The notes beneath the pieces are model-generated. The model ran no database searches. It was not told where the DNA came from and saw only the letters and a list, made by a program, of their open reading frames with translations. This document shows positions 18,833 through 30,899 of a DNA stretch of 64,000 nucleotides, piece by piece. This stretch comes from Candidatus Methylomirabilota bacterium (lineage in GTDB: Bacteria > Methylomirabilota > Methylomirabilia > Rokubacteriales > CSP1-6). The stretch is from NCBI GenBank assembly GCA_035764725.1, contig DASTYT010000051.1, positions 4,603 through 68,602 of the forward strand, in the 5' to 3' direction. Position 1 is the stretch's first letter. Each line of letters opens with the position of its first letter. The position numbers and the translations under genes are program-made.

Positions 18833-19422
18833 TGGCTCGCCTCCGCGTCCTCCGCCGCCGTCTCGCGTGGCGGTTCCTGCTCCTGGTCGCGCTTGTCGCG
18901 GCCGTCCTCGTCGGCGCGCCCGGCGCCGGGGACTCCGCCGAGCCGTCGGCCGAGGTGTTGTCCGCCCTCGAGTTGGCGCCGCTCCCGCGCGCGGCCGCGC
19001 CCGCCTTCACCCTCGCCGATCTCGACGGCCGCGCGCAGTCGCTCGCGAGCCTGCGAGGTCAGACGGTGTTGATCTACTTCTGGGCGACCTGGTGCCCCTA
19101 CTGCCAGAAGGAGCTCCCCACCACCGTGCAGGAGCTGGCGCGCCGCTATCGCGACCGGCGGCTCGTCGTGCTCGCGGTCAACCTGGAGGAAGGGCGGGAC
19201 AAGGTGCGTGCGTGGGTGAAGAAGCACGGCATCTCCGTCCCGGTGCTCCTGGACGGCAACGGTGAGGTCAGCGGCGACTACCGCGTGACCGCCACGCCCA
19301 CCGCGGTGCTCGTGGACCGCGATGGCCGCACCGTCGCCCGCGCGGTGGGCACCCGTTCCTGGACGTCAGACCGTGCCCGCCCCCTGTGGGACGCCCTGCT
19401 CCCGCCCGCGCAGACTCGCTAG
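18832..19422 (+). CDS. TlpA/ResA-like periplasmic thiol:disulfide oxidoreductase (thioredoxin fold)
   Basis: ~196 aa. N-terminal membrane anchor and WCPYC active site. Overlaps the Mo-subunit stop (GTGATGG; a GTG at 18829 is an alternative start). Confidence 0.75.
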   Translation: MARLRVLRRRLAWRFLLLVALVAAVLVGAPGAGDSAEPSAEVLSALELAPLPRAAAPAFTLADLDGRAQSLASLRGQTVLIYFWATWCPYCQKELPTTVQELARRYRDRRLVVLAVNLEEGRDKVRAWVKKHGISVPVLLDGNGEVSGDYRVTATPTAVLVDRDGRTVARAVGTRSWTSDRARPLWDALLPPAQTR

Positions 19423-19439
19423 GAGTGCGGCGTGCGAGA

Positions 19440-20273
19440 CTAGTCGATGCCGAAGTCGAACATGCGGCCGCTCGCAGTCGCACCGCTCAGGACGACGAAG
19501 CCATACTCGCCGGGCGCGAGCGGGCTTGCGGGCGTGATGCGGTAAAAGCCATTGGCTTCGCGCTCGCTCTTCACCGCGATCCGGTCCTCATTGCGCACGC
19601 CGTGGCGGATCGTGCCGCCGCCCGGGAAGAAGCCGCCGCTGCCCATCTTGAGGTTCCGGTCATTCTTGGTGTCGCCGGGCTTCAGCTTGACGAGCAGGGC
19701 CTCCGTCGGCGCGTAGTAGCTGTAGAACTGCGGCTGCTTCTCCGTGATGCGGGCCTCGGCCTTGCGCCCGCCCAGCACCACCTCGCTCTTCTGCGAGAAG
19801 AAGGCCACGTTGGTCTCGATCTCGATCACCTGGGGCTGCAGCTCCACGTATTTCGAGCCGTTGAGATAGTAGATCGAGTCGCGGGGCAGATTGGGCGCGG
19901 CCCCGCCGGCGCTGGAGCGCGCGGCGGATGACACCGCCGCCGGCGGCGCGCTCTGCGGGGTGCCCGCCGGCGAAGTCGGCGCGGCCGGTGCCGGGGCCGC
20001 CGCGGTGGCGCCCCCCGCCTTGGGCGCGCTCACCATGGCCTCGATGATCTTGTCGGAAACGCCCGCCTTCTTCAGATTCAGGAGCGCGTTGGTGCTCGTG
20101 TCGAAGTTGGCCGGGCCGGAGCGCACGCGCGCGAGCACGACCGCTTCGCTGAGCCCGCCCTTCACCATGGAGATGATCGACTCGTTGGTGAGCGTCTCCT
20201 GGGCGGCGGCGGTCAGGGGCATCACCGCGATCACGAGCAGGACGGCGACGACGAGGCGAGCGAGACTCCTCAT
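19440..20273 (-). CDS. Secreted hypothetical protein (signal peptide, Ala/Pro-rich linker)
   Basis: 277 aa from MRSLARLVVAVLLVIAVMPLTAAAQE. AGGAGGG RBS 5 nt upstream. No recognisable catalytic motif. Convergent with tlpA, 17-nt gap. Confidence 0.55.
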   Translation of the reverse strand: MRSLARLVVAVLLVIAVMPLTAAAQETLTNESIISMVKGGLSEAVVLARVRSGPANFDTSTNALLNLKKAGVSDKIIEAMVSAPKAGGATAAAPAPAAPTSPAGTPQSAPPAAVSSAARSSAGGAAPNLPRDSIYYLNGSKYVELQPQVIEIETNVAFFSQKSEVVLGGRKAEARITEKQPQFYSYYAPTEALLVKLKPGDTKNDRNLKMGSGGFFPGGGTIRHGVRNEDRIAVKSEREANGFYRITPASPLAPGEYGFVVLSGATASGRMFDFGID

Positions 20274-20316
20274 GGGATTCCCTCCTGCGGCATCAAAGCA
20301 TTCGCCCCCGCGACAA

Positions 20317-20354
20317 GTCAAGGCGCAGCCCCGGGGCAGGCACGTCGCCTTGAC
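20317..20354. promoter_or_regulatory. Nested palindrome GTCAAGGCG-N20-CGCCTTGAC with central GCCCCGGGGC: candidate operator in the divergent promoter region
   Basis: Perfect 9-bp inverted repeats with a perfect 10-bp palindrome in the spacer. The downstream arm overlaps a TTGACC -35-like hexamer. Lies in the 200-bp gap between the minus-strand secreted-protein gene and aconitase. Confidence 0.35.
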
Positions 20355-20400
20355 CTCTCCGGGGCCGACATGTTAGCGTAACGGCGAGATTTTTGACCGG

Positions 20401-20431
20401 TCGCCTCCCATCCGAAACGGGCGGGAGGCGA
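20401..20431 (+). promoter_or_regulatory. 5'UTR stem-loop of the aconitase mRNA (TCGCCTCCC-N13-GGGAGGCGA)
   Basis: 9-bp perfect stem, 13-nt loop, ~45 nt upstream of the aconitase ATG. The stem contains a GGGAGG sequence identical to the real RBS further downstream. Confidence 0.35.
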
Positions 20432-20472
20432 TACGTCTGTGTAGCCCCGGAAGCGAGCGAGGGAGGCCCACC

Positions 20473-22719
20473 ATGGCGGCAGACCAGATCAAGCGACTCT
20501 ACGAATCCATGCCCGCCAAGCTGGACCGGGCTCGCACGCGCTTCGGACGCGCGCTCACCCTCGCCGAGAAGATCCTCGTCGCGCACGCCGACGATTTCGA
20601 CAAGCAGGAGTGGAGCCGCGGCAAGGCCCAGCTCCGCCTGCGTGTGGACCGCGTGTCGCTACAGGACGCCACGGGCCAGATGGCGCTGCTCCAGTTCATG
20701 CAGGCGGGGAAGAAGCAGGTGGCGGTGCCGTCCACCGTGCACTGCGACCACCTCATCCGCGCGCAGACCGGGGCGCGCGAGGACATGGAGCGGGCGATCT
20801 CGGAGAACCGCGAGGTGTACGAGTTTCTCCATTCCGCCTCCAGGAAGTACGGGATTGGGTTCTGGAAGCCGGGCGCGGGGATCATCCACCAGGTGGTTCT
20901 GGAGAACTACGCGTTCCCCGGCGGGCTCATGATCGGCGCCGACTCGCACACGCCCAACGCGGGCGGCCTCGGCATGGCCGCGATCGGCGTGGGCGGGGCG
21001 GACTGCGGTGAGGCGATGGCGGGGCTCGCGTGGGAGGTGCTCGATCCCAAGCTCGTGGGCGTGCGGCTCACCGGGAAGTTCTCGGGCTGGACCTCCGCGA
21101 AGGACGTCATCACCTACCTCTGCGGGCTCCTCACCGTGAAGGGCGGCACCAACAAGATCATCGAGTACTTCGGTCCCGGCGCGGAGTCGATCAGCGCCAC
21201 TGGCAAGGGCACCATCTGCAACATGGGCGCGGAGCTCGGCGCCACCACCTCGCTCTTCCACTTCGACGACCGCATGGCCGCCTATCTCCGCGCGACGGAC
21301 CGGGCCGACCAGGCCGCGCTCGCGGAGGCGCACCGGGCGCATCTCGTCGCCGATCCCGAGGTGCTCGCCGACCCGAAGAAGTACTACGACGAGGTCGTCG
21401 AGGTGAACCTCTCCGAGCTCGAGCCTCACATCGTCGGCCCGCACTCGCCCGACCGCGCGCGGCCCGTCAGCAAGCTCGCCGCCGAGGTGAAGAAGGAGGG
21501 CTGGCCCGCCCAGATCAAGGCCGCCCTCATCGGCTCCTGCACCAACTCCTCCTACGAGGACATGCGACGCGCCGCCCACATCGCCACCCAGGCTCTCAAG
21601 GCCGGGCTCAAGGCGAAGACCCCCTTCCTCGTGACGCCGGGGTCGGAGCGCATCTACCAGACCATCAAGCGCGACGGCATCATGGATACCTTCCAGCAGA
21701 TCGGGGGCACCGTGCTCGCCAACGCGTGCGGCCCCTGCATCGGCCAGTGGAAGCGGTCGGACGTGAGCGCGACCGAGACCAACACCATCGTGTCGTCGTT
21801 CAACCGCAACTTCCCCGGGCGCAACGACGGCAGCGCGAGCACGCTGTCGTTCCTCACCAGCCCGGAGATCGTGACCGCGCTGGCCTTCGCGGGGTCGCTC
21901 GAGTTCGATCCCGTCAACGGCACCATCCCCGGTCCCGACGGGCGGGCGTTCCGCTTCACCGCGCCCGAGGGCGAGGAGCTGCCCGCCCGCGGCTTCGCCA
22001 AAGGCGAGGAGGGCTTCGAGGCGCCGGCGGCGAGCGGCGATGCGGTGCAGGTCGTGATCCCACCGGGGAGCGAGCGGCTCCAGCTCCTCCAGCCCTTCCC
22101 GCGGTGGGACGGCAAGGACTTCACCGAGCTCCCGATCCTCGTCAAGACCAAGGGCAAGACGACCACCGACCACATCTCGCCCGCCGGCGCGTGGCTCCGC
22201 TTCCGCGGGCACCTCGACAAGATCAGCGACAACATGTTCCTGGGCGCGGTCAATGCCTTCACCGGCGAAGCGGGGAAGGGCGTGAACCCCCTCACCGGCG
22301 AGGCGGGCAAGACCTTCACCCAGAACGCGCGCGATCTCAAGGCGCGCGGGATCTCCTGGATGGTGATCGGAGACGAGAACTACGGCGAGGGGTCGAGCCG
22401 CGAGCACGCGGCGATGTCGCCCCGCTACCTCGGCGCCAAGGTCGTCATCGTCCGGAGCTTCGCGCGCATCCACGAGACCAATCTCAAGAAGCAGGGCATC
22501 CTGCCCCTGACCTTCAGCGACCCCAAGGACTACGACCTCTTCGACCGGGCCGATCGCGTGAGCGTGCGCGGGCTCGCCGCGCTGATGCCGGGCCAGCCGG
22601 TGGAGGTGGTCATTCACAAGGCGGGTGGCGAGACCGTCACCATCAAGTGCAACCACACCTTGACCGACGAGCAGATCGGCTGGTTCAAGGCAGGCTCGGC
22701 GCTCAACGCGCTCACCTAA
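20473..22719 (+). CDS. Aconitate hydratase (mitochondrial-type, ~750-aa class)
   Basis: 748 aa. Fe-S ligand motifs [11 protein letters not shown] and [10 protein letters not shown]. The length is mAcn-like rather than AcnA/AcnB (~870-890 aa). GGAGG RBS. Confidence 0.85.
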   Translation: MAADQIKRLYESMPAKLDRARTRFGRALTLAEKILVAHADDFDKQEWSRGKAQLRLRVDRVSLQDATGQMALLQFMQAGKKQVAVPSTVHCDHLIRAQTGAREDMERAISENREVYEFLHSASRKYGIGFWKPGAGIIHQVVLENYAFPGGLMIGADSHTPNAGGLGMAAIGVGGADCGEAMAGLAWEVLDPKLVGVRLTGKFSGWTSAKDVITYLCGLLTVKGGTNKIIEYFGPGAESISATGKGTICNMGAELGATTSLFHFDDRMAAYLRATDRADQAALAEAHRAHLVADPEVLADPKKYYDEVVEVNLSELEPHIVGPHSPDRARPVSKLAAEVKKEGWPAQIKAALIGSCTNSSYEDMRRAAHIATQALKAGLKAKTPFLVTPGSERIYQTIKRDGIMDTFQQIGGTVLANACGPCIGQWKRSDVSATETNTIVSSFNRNFPGRNDGSASTLSFLTSPEIVTALAFAGSLEFDPVNGTIPGPDGRAFRFTAPEGEELPARGFAKGEEGFEAPAASGDAVQVVIPPGSERLQLLQPFPRWDGKDFTELPILVKTKGKTTTDHISPAGAWLRFRGHLDKISDNMFLGAVNAFTGEAGKGVNPLTGEAGKTFTQNARDLKARGISWMVIGDENYGEGSSREHAAMSPRYLGAKVVIVRSFARIHETNLKKQGILPLTFSDPKDYDLFDRADRVSVRGLAALMPGQPVEVVIHKAGGETVTIKCNHTLTDEQIGWFKAGSALNALT

Positions 22720-22735
22720 CTTCGAGGAGACCTCA

Positions 22736-24927
<2,192 letters not shown>

Positions 24928-24947
24928 GAGCGCCCCCCGCCTTGTCC

Positions 24948-25790
24948 ATGCGTCCCATCCACGTCTCGGCGATTACCGACGCGGTGAAGAAGCTCTGCAT
25001 GGAGGCGAACTACGACCTGGAGCCGGACGTGCTCCGCGCCTTCGACCGCGCGCTGGGGGTCGAGCGCTCACCCGCCGGCCGCCAGGTGCTGCAGATCCTC
25101 AAGGACAACGCCGAGCTCGCCCGGACGAAGAAGATCCCGTACTGCCAGGACACCGGCTTCGTGGTCTGCTTCGCGGAGGTCGGCCAGGACGTGCACGTGG
25201 AGGGCGGTCTCCTCGCCGACGCGATCAACGCGGGGATCCGCGCTGGCTATACCGAGGGCTATCTGCGCGCCTCGATCGTGCGCTCGCCCTTCGACCGCGT
25301 GAACACCGCCGACAACACGCCCGGGGTCATCCACACCGAGCTCACGGCGGGCGCGAATCTCCGCATCCAGATCATGGCCAAGGGCGGCGGCTGCGAGAAC
25401 CGGTCGAAGTACAAGATGCTCACGCCGGCCGAGGGCATCGAGGGCGCCAAGGCCTGGGTGCTCGAGTGCATCAAGACGGCGGGGCCCGACGCGTGCCCGC
25501 CCCTCATCGCCGGCGTCGGCATCGGGGGCACATTCGAGAAGGCGGCAATCCTGTCCAAGAAGGCGCTGTTCCGCGAGCTGGGCTCGCCGAATCCCGATCC
25601 CGCCGCGGATGCCCTTGAGAAGGAGCTGCTCGAGCGGGCCAATCGCCTCGGCATCGGCCCCCAGGGCTACGGCGGCGACACCACCGCGCTCGGCATCCAC
25701 ATCCTGACCTATCCCTGCCACATCACGAGCCTTCCGGTGGCCGTCACTATCGAATGCCACGCCCACCGCCACAAGGAAGCCGTCCTGTGA
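24948..25790 (+). CDS. Class I fumarate hydratase / L(+)-tartrate dehydratase, alpha (N-terminal, Fe-S) subunit
   Basis: ~280 aa. KKIPYCQDTGF and further Cys ligands. Two-subunit FumA-type. A TTG at 24942 is an alternative start. Confidence 0.8.
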   Translation: MRPIHVSAITDAVKKLCMEANYDLEPDVLRAFDRALGVERSPAGRQVLQILKDNAELARTKKIPYCQDTGFVVCFAEVGQDVHVEGGLLADAINAGIRAGYTEGYLRASIVRSPFDRVNTADNTPGVIHTELTAGANLRIQIMAKGGGCENRSKYKMLTPAEGIEGAKAWVLECIKTAGPDACPPLIAGVGIGGTFEKAAILSKKALFRELGSPNPDPAADALEKELLERANRLGIGPQGYGGDTTALGIHILTYPCHITSLPVAVTIECHAHRHKEAVL

Positions 25791-26359
25791 TCAAGACGGC
25801 GGCGGACGGGATCAAGGACGTGACGCCGCCGCTGAGCGACGCCGACGTCGAATCGCTCACCGCAGGGGACCGCGTCCGCATCACCGGCACCCTGTACACG
25901 GCGCGGGACGCCGCCCACGGCCGCCTCTCGCCGCTGGTGGAGGCGGGCCGGCCGCTCCCCATCGACGTGAAGGGCCAGATCATCTACTACACGGGCCCCT
26001 CGCCGGCGCGGCCGGGGGATGTGGTGGGCTCCGTGGGGCCCACCACGGGGGGCCGCATGGACACGTTCACTCCCGGTCTCCTCGCCCTCGGGCTCAAGGG
26101 CACGATCGGGAAGGGGGCGCGCTCGCAGCCGGTGAAGGACGCCCTCGCCCGGCACAAGGGCGTGTACTTCGGCGCCATCGGGGGCGCCGGCGCGGTGCTC
26201 TCGCGCTTCGTGAAGAAGCTCGAGGTGGTGGCCTACGAGGACCTCGGCACGGAGGCCATCCGTTGCCTCGAGGTGGAAGGCTTCCCCGCCATCGTGATCA
26301 ACGACTGCCACGGCGGCGATCTCTACCAGGACGGCGTCAAGCAGTACGCACGCGACTAG
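25787..26359 (+). CDS. Class I fumarate hydratase, beta (C-terminal) subunit
   Basis: ~190 aa. Swivel-domain-like GTLYTARDAAHGRL...GAIGGAGAVLS. The GTG overlaps the alpha stop (GTGA). An in-frame ATG at 25754 is an alternative start. Confidence 0.7.
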   Translation: MIKTAADGIKDVTPPLSDADVESLTAGDRVRITGTLYTARDAAHGRLSPLVEAGRPLPIDVKGQIIYYTGPSPARPGDVVGSVGPTTGGRMDTFTPGLLALGLKGTIGKGARSQPVKDALARHKGVYFGAIGGAGAVLSRFVKKLEVVAYEDLGTEAIRCLEVEGFPAIVINDCHGGDLYQDGVKQYARD

Positions 26360-26375
26360 AGAAAGGGCTCGACGT

Positions 26376-27176
26376 ATGCCAGACGGGTTGTTGGGGAATC
26401 AACGTGGTGAAGTGGCCCTGCCGCGCGCGACCCTCCGCACCGACACGTGGTGGCTCCTGCCCGTCACCGTGGTGGTGGTGCTGGGGAGCTTCATCGTCTA
26501 CTCGACGTGGGCGGCTTTCCAGAACGCTCACTACTTCGTGGCGCCCTATCTCTCGCCGTTCTACTCCCCATGCATCTCCACGTCCTGCCTGCATTCGACA
26601 TTCGGCTTCGGGCTTCCCGACATCCACATGCCGATCATCGGGCTCGTGTCGCCGGCCTTCCTGATCCTGTGGGGACCCGGCCTCTTCCGGCTGACCTGTT
26701 ACTACTACCGTAAGGCCTACTACCGCTCGTTCTGGCTCTCGCCGCCCGCCTGCGCGGTGCCTGACGCCCACCGGCGCTACACCGGGGAGACGCGCTTCCC
26801 CCTCATCCTGCAGACCCTGCATCGCTACGCGTGGTACGTCGCGGTGGTGTTCATCGCGCTCCTCACGTGGGACGCCCTCCTCGCCTTCCGCTTCAAGGAT
26901 GGCTTCGGGATCGGGGTGGGGACGCTCGTGATGTGGGTGAACGTCATCTTCCTGGCCGCCTACACCTTCTCGTGCCACTCCTGCCGGCACGTCTGCGGCG
27001 GCCACGTGAGCTCGTTCCACAAGGCGCCCGCCCGACTCGCCGTGTGGCGCTTCATCACGACAATCAACGAGCGCCACCCGCTCTTCGCGTGGCTCTCCCT
27101 CTTCAGCGTGGGACTGACCGATCTCTACATCCGGCTCGTGTCCATGGGCGTCATCCACGACGTGAGGATCCTGTGA
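26376..27176 (+). CDS. Succinate dehydrogenase/fumarate reductase membrane anchor (single large subunit, type B/mycobacterial Sdh1-like gene order)
   Basis: 266 aa, ~6 TM helices, several His and a Cys-rich stretch (FSCHSCRHVCGGH). Directly precedes sdhA/sdhB with ATGA/TAATG overlaps. Confidence 0.6.
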   Translation: MPDGLLGNQRGEVALPRATLRTDTWWLLPVTVVVVLGSFIVYSTWAAFQNAHYFVAPYLSPFYSPCISTSCLHSTFGFGLPDIHMPIIGLVSPAFLILWGPGLFRLTCYYYRKAYYRSFWLSPPACAVPDAHRRYTGETRFPLILQTLHRYAWYVAVVFIALLTWDALLAFRFKDGFGIGVGTLVMWVNVIFLAAYTFSCHSCRHVCGGHVSSFHKAPARLAVWRFITTINERHPLFAWLSLFSVGLTDLYIRLVSMGVIHDVRIL

Positions 27177-28972
27177 TGGAGAATTTCAAGTCCTTCGAGT
27201 ACGACGTTCTCGTGATCGGCGCGGGGGGCGCGGGGCTGCGCGCGGCCATCGAGGCCCACGACAAGGGCGTCAAGACCGCGCTCATCTGCAAGTCCCTCCT
27301 CGGCAAGGCCCACACCGTGATGGCGGAGGGCGGCATGGCCGCCGCCATGGGCAATGTCTGGAAGGAGGACAACTGGCAGGTGCACTTCCGCGACACCATG
27401 CGGGGCGGCAAGCTCCTGAACAACTGGCGTATGGCCGAGCTCCACGCCAAGGAATCCCCCGACCGCGTGCTGGAGCTGGAGGAGTGGGGCGCGCTGTTCG
27501 ACCGCACCAAGGACGGCCTCATCTCCCAGCGCGACTTCGGTGGCCACCGCTACGCGCGGCTCGCCCACGTGGGTGACCGCACCGGGCTCGAGCTGATCCG
27601 CACGCTCCAGCAGCGGGCGGTGGCGCTGGGCATCGACGTCCACATGGAAGTGAACGTCCAGCGCCTCATCAAGGACGGCGACCGCGTGGCGGGGGCGGTG
27701 GGCTACTACCGAGCCAGCGGCGAGCTCGCGGTGTTCCGGAGCAAGGCGGTCGTCCTCGCCACCGGCGGCGTGGGCAAGGCGTGGAAGTACACCTCGAACT
27801 CGTGGGAGTGCACCGGCGACGGCATGACGCTGGCCCTCGATGCCGGCGCGGAGCTGATCGACATGGAGTGCATCCAGTTCCATCCCACCGGGATGGTCTG
27901 GCCGCCCTCGGTGCGAGGGATCCTCGTGACGGAAGGCGTGCGGGGCGACGGCGGCACCCTCAAGAACACCGAGGGGACGCGCTTCATGTTCAACTACATC
28001 CCCGAGTTCTTCAAGAGCGAGACCGCGGACAACGAAAAGGAAGCGGATGCCTGGTACGAGGACAAGAAGAACAATCGGCGCACGCCCGACCTCCTGCCGC
28101 GCGACGAGGTCGCTCGCGCCATCAACTCCGAGGTGAAGGCGGGGCGGGGGACGCCGCACGGCGGCGTGCTCCTCGACATCGCCAGCCGCCGTCCCGCCGA
28201 CTACATCCGCAAGCGCCTGCCGTCCATGTACCACCAGTTCAAGGAGCTGGCGGGCGTGGACATCACCAAGGACGCCATGGAAGTCGGCCCCACCTGCCAC
28301 TACATCATGGGCGGCGTGCGCGTGGAGGCGGAGACCGCAGCCACCCGCGTCCCCGGTCTCTACGCCGCCGGTGAAGTGGCGGGCGGTCTCCACGGCGCCA
28401 ATCGCCTCGGCGGCAACTCGCTCTCCGACCTCGTGGTGTTCGGCCGGCGCGCCGGTCTCGCCGCCGCCGAGTACGCGAAGGGGCTCAAGACGGCGCCTGC
28501 CCTCGATGCGGCGCAGGCGGACGCGGCGGTGCGCTCGCTGCTGTCGCCCTTCGATAGCAAGGGCAACGAGAACCCCTACGCCATCCACTCCGATCTCCAG
28601 GAGTGCATGCAGACGCTCGTCGGCATCATCCGCACCGAGGGCGAGCTGCGGAAGGCGCTCGAGGAGATCGCGGTGCTCAAGCAGCGGCTGGCGCGCGTGC
28701 GCGTGGAAGGCGGCCGCGCCTTCAATCCCGGCTGGCATCTCGCGCTGGATCTCCACTCGATGCTGTCGGTGTCCGAGGCGGTCACCCTCGGCGCCCTCGA
28801 GCGGAAAGAGAGCCGTGGGGGGCACACCCGCGACGATTATCCGTTCACCGACGAGCGCTTCGGCACCCTCAACGTGGTAATCCGCCGCTCCGCCGGCGCC
28901 TTGGGCGTGTCGATCGAGCCCATTCCCCCCCTGCCGCCCGAGCTCAAGGCGCTCCTCGGAGAGAAGAAGTAA
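27176..28972 (+). CDS. sdhA: Succinate dehydrogenase/fumarate reductase flavoprotein subunit
   Basis: 598 aa. FAD motif YDVLVIGAGGAGLRAA, HPTG, covalent-FAD His region. Start by residue counting inside a longer track ORF. Confidence 0.9.
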   Translation: MENFKSFEYDVLVIGAGGAGLRAAIEAHDKGVKTALICKSLLGKAHTVMAEGGMAAAMGNVWKEDNWQVHFRDTMRGGKLLNNWRMAELHAKESPDRVLELEEWGALFDRTKDGLISQRDFGGHRYARLAHVGDRTGLELIRTLQQRAVALGIDVHMEVNVQRLIKDGDRVAGAVGYYRASGELAVFRSKAVVLATGGVGKAWKYTSNSWECTGDGMTLALDAGAELIDMECIQFHPTGMVWPPSVRGILVTEGVRGDGGTLKNTEGTRFMFNYIPEFFKSETADNEKEADAWYEDKKNNRRTPDLLPRDEVARAINSEVKAGRGTPHGGVLLDIASRRPADYIRKRLPSMYHQFKELAGVDITKDAMEVGPTCHYIMGGVRVEAETAATRVPGLYAAGEVAGGLHGANRLGGNSLSDLVVFGRRAGLAAAEYAKGLKTAPALDAAQADAAVRSLLSPFDSKGNENPYAIHSDLQECMQTLVGIIRTEGELRKALEEIAVLKQRLARVRVEGGRAFNPGWHLALDLHSMLSVSEAVTLGALERKESRGGHTRDDYPFTDERFGTLNVVIRRSAGALGVSIEPIPPLPPELKALLGEKK

Positions 28973-29721
28973 TGGCCGCGACCACGGTGACGATGAAGGT
29001 CTGGCGGGGCGACGCCAAGGGCGGCGCCTTCCGCGAGTACCAGGTGCCCTCACAGGAGGGCATGGTGGTGCTGGACGTGATCCACACGCTGCAGGCCACC
29101 CAGGCGGGGGATCTCGCCTGCCGCTGGAACTGCAAGGCGGGCAAGTGCGGCTCGTGCAGCGCGGAGATCAACGGCAAGCCGCGCCTCATGTGCATGACCC
29201 GCATGGACACGTTCCAGCCCGGCGAGACCATCACCGTCGCGCCCATCAAGACGTTCCCGCTCTACCGTGACCTCGCCACCGACGTCTCGTTCAACTACGA
29301 GCGGGCCAAGGAGATCCCCGCGTTCAAGCCGGGCCCCAAGGAAGCCGACGGCACCCGGCGCATGTGGCAGGAAGACGTGGAGCGCAGCCAGGAGTTCCGC
29401 AAGTGCATCGAGTGCTTCCTGTGTCAGAACGTCTGCCACGTGATCCGCGACCATCCCGAGAACACGCCGCACTTCGCGGGCCCGCGCTTCCTCATGCGCA
29501 TCGCCGAGCTGGAGATGCACCCGCTGGACACCAACGACCGGCTGGAGCTGGCCCAGTCGAAGGCCGGGCTCGGGTTCTGTAACATCACCAAGTGCTGCAC
29601 CGAGGTCTGCCCCGAGCACATCCACATCACGGACAACGCGCTCATCCCTCTCAAGGAGCGCGTGATCAGCGAGAAGTACGATCCGCTGTTCTGGCTCGCC
29701 CGGAAGCTCAAGGGCAAGTAA
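28972..29721 (+). CDS. sdhB: Succinate dehydrogenase/fumarate reductase iron-sulfur subunit
   Basis: 250 aa. [2Fe-2S] motif [13 protein letters not shown] and [4Fe-4S]/[3Fe-4S] motifs [11 protein letters not shown] and CTEVCP. Confidence 0.9.
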   Translation: MAATTVTMKVWRGDAKGGAFREYQVPSQEGMVVLDVIHTLQATQAGDLACRWNCKAGKCGSCSAEINGKPRLMCMTRMDTFQPGETITVAPIKTFPLYRDLATDVSFNYERAKEIPAFKPGPKEADGTRRMWQEDVERSQEFRKCIECFLCQNVCHVIRDHPENTPHFAGPRFLMRIAELEMHPLDTNDRLELAQSKAGLGFCNITKCCTEVCPEHIHITDNALIPLKERVISEKYDPLFWLARKLKGK

Positions 29722-29729
29722 CCAAGCCT

Positions 29730-30899
29730 TTGAAAATCCACGAGTATCAGGGCAAGGCGATCCTGCGAGAGTTCGGTGTCCCGGTGCCCAACGGGGACGT
29801 CGCGGACACGCCGGCGCAGGCCCGCGCGATCGCCCAGCGTCTGGGCGGCAAGGTCGTGGTCAAGGCGCAGATCCACGCGGGCGGGCGCGGCAAGGGTGGC
29901 GGCGTGAAGCTCGCCGACGATCCCGCGGCCGCGGAGGCGGCCGCCACGCAGATCCTCGGCATGATGCTGAAGACGCCCCAGACCGGCCCCGAGGGTATCA
30001 AGGTGCTCAAGGTCCTGATCGAGGAGGCTTCGCCCATCGAGCGCGAGCTCTACCTCTCGATCACGCTCGACCGCGGGCGAGGGCAGCACGTGGTGATGGC
30101 GTCCCAATCGGGCGGCATGGACATCGAGGAGGTCGCGGCCAGACATCCGGAGAAGATGATCCGTGAATCGGCCGATCCCGCGCTGGGGCTACAGGCCTTT
30201 CAGGCGCGTACCCTCGCCTACGGCCTGGGCCTGGCCGGTGAGCAGTTCAAGGCCGGGGTGACCCTGATCCTCAATGTCTTCCGCGCCTATCTCGAGAAGG
30301 ACTGCTCGCTGGCGGAGATCAATCCACTCGTCGTGACGGGGGATGGGAGGGTGCTGGCGCTCGACGCCAAGCTCAACTTCGACGACAACGCCCTCTATCG
30401 CCACAAGGACGTGGTGGCCCTCCGCGACGTCAACGAGGAGACGCCGCTCGACGTCGAGGCATCCAAGTACAGCCTCAACTACATCAAGCTGGACGGCAAT
30501 GTCGGCTGCATGGTGAATGGCGCGGGGCTGGCCATGGCCACCATGGACATCATCAAGCTCGCGGGCGGCGAGCCGGCCAACTTCCTCGACGTGGGGGGCG
30601 GCGCCTCCCCCGAGCAGATCGAGAATGCCTTCCGCATCCTCTCTTCCGATCCGAGCGTGAAGGCCGTCTTCATCAACGTCTTCGGAGGCATTCTGAGAGT
30701 CGACCGGCTCGCGGAGGGCATCATCGCCGCGGTGAAGAAGCTCGGGCTGAAGCTCCCGGTGGTCCTGCGCGCGGAAGGGACCAACGTGGAGCAGGGCAAG
30801 AAGATGCTGGCCGAGTCCGGCCTCGCGCTCGTCATGGCCGACGACATGGGCGAGGGTGCGAAGAAGGTGGTCGCGCTGGCTCGCGGCGCCGCGCGATGA
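29730..30899 (+). CDS. sucC: Succinyl-CoA synthetase beta subunit (ATP-grasp)
   Basis: 390 aa from a TTG start ([20 protein letters not shown] = canonical SucC N-terminus). ATGA overlap with sucD. Confidence 0.85.
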   Translation: MKIHEYQGKAILREFGVPVPNGDVADTPAQARAIAQRLGGKVVVKAQIHAGGRGKGGGVKLADDPAAAEAAATQILGMMLKTPQTGPEGIKVLKVLIEEASPIERELYLSITLDRGRGQHVVMASQSGGMDIEEVAARHPEKMIRESADPALGLQAFQARTLAYGLGLAGEQFKAGVTLILNVFRAYLEKDCSLAEINPLVVTGDGRVLALDAKLNFDDNALYRHKDVVALRDVNEETPLDVEASKYSLNYIKLDGNVGCMVNGAGLAMATMDIIKLAGGEPANFLDVGGGASPEQIENAFRILSSDPSVKAVFINVFGGILRVDRLAEGIIAAVKKLGLKLPVVLRAEGTNVEQGKKMLAESGLALVMADDMGEGAKKVVALARGAAR

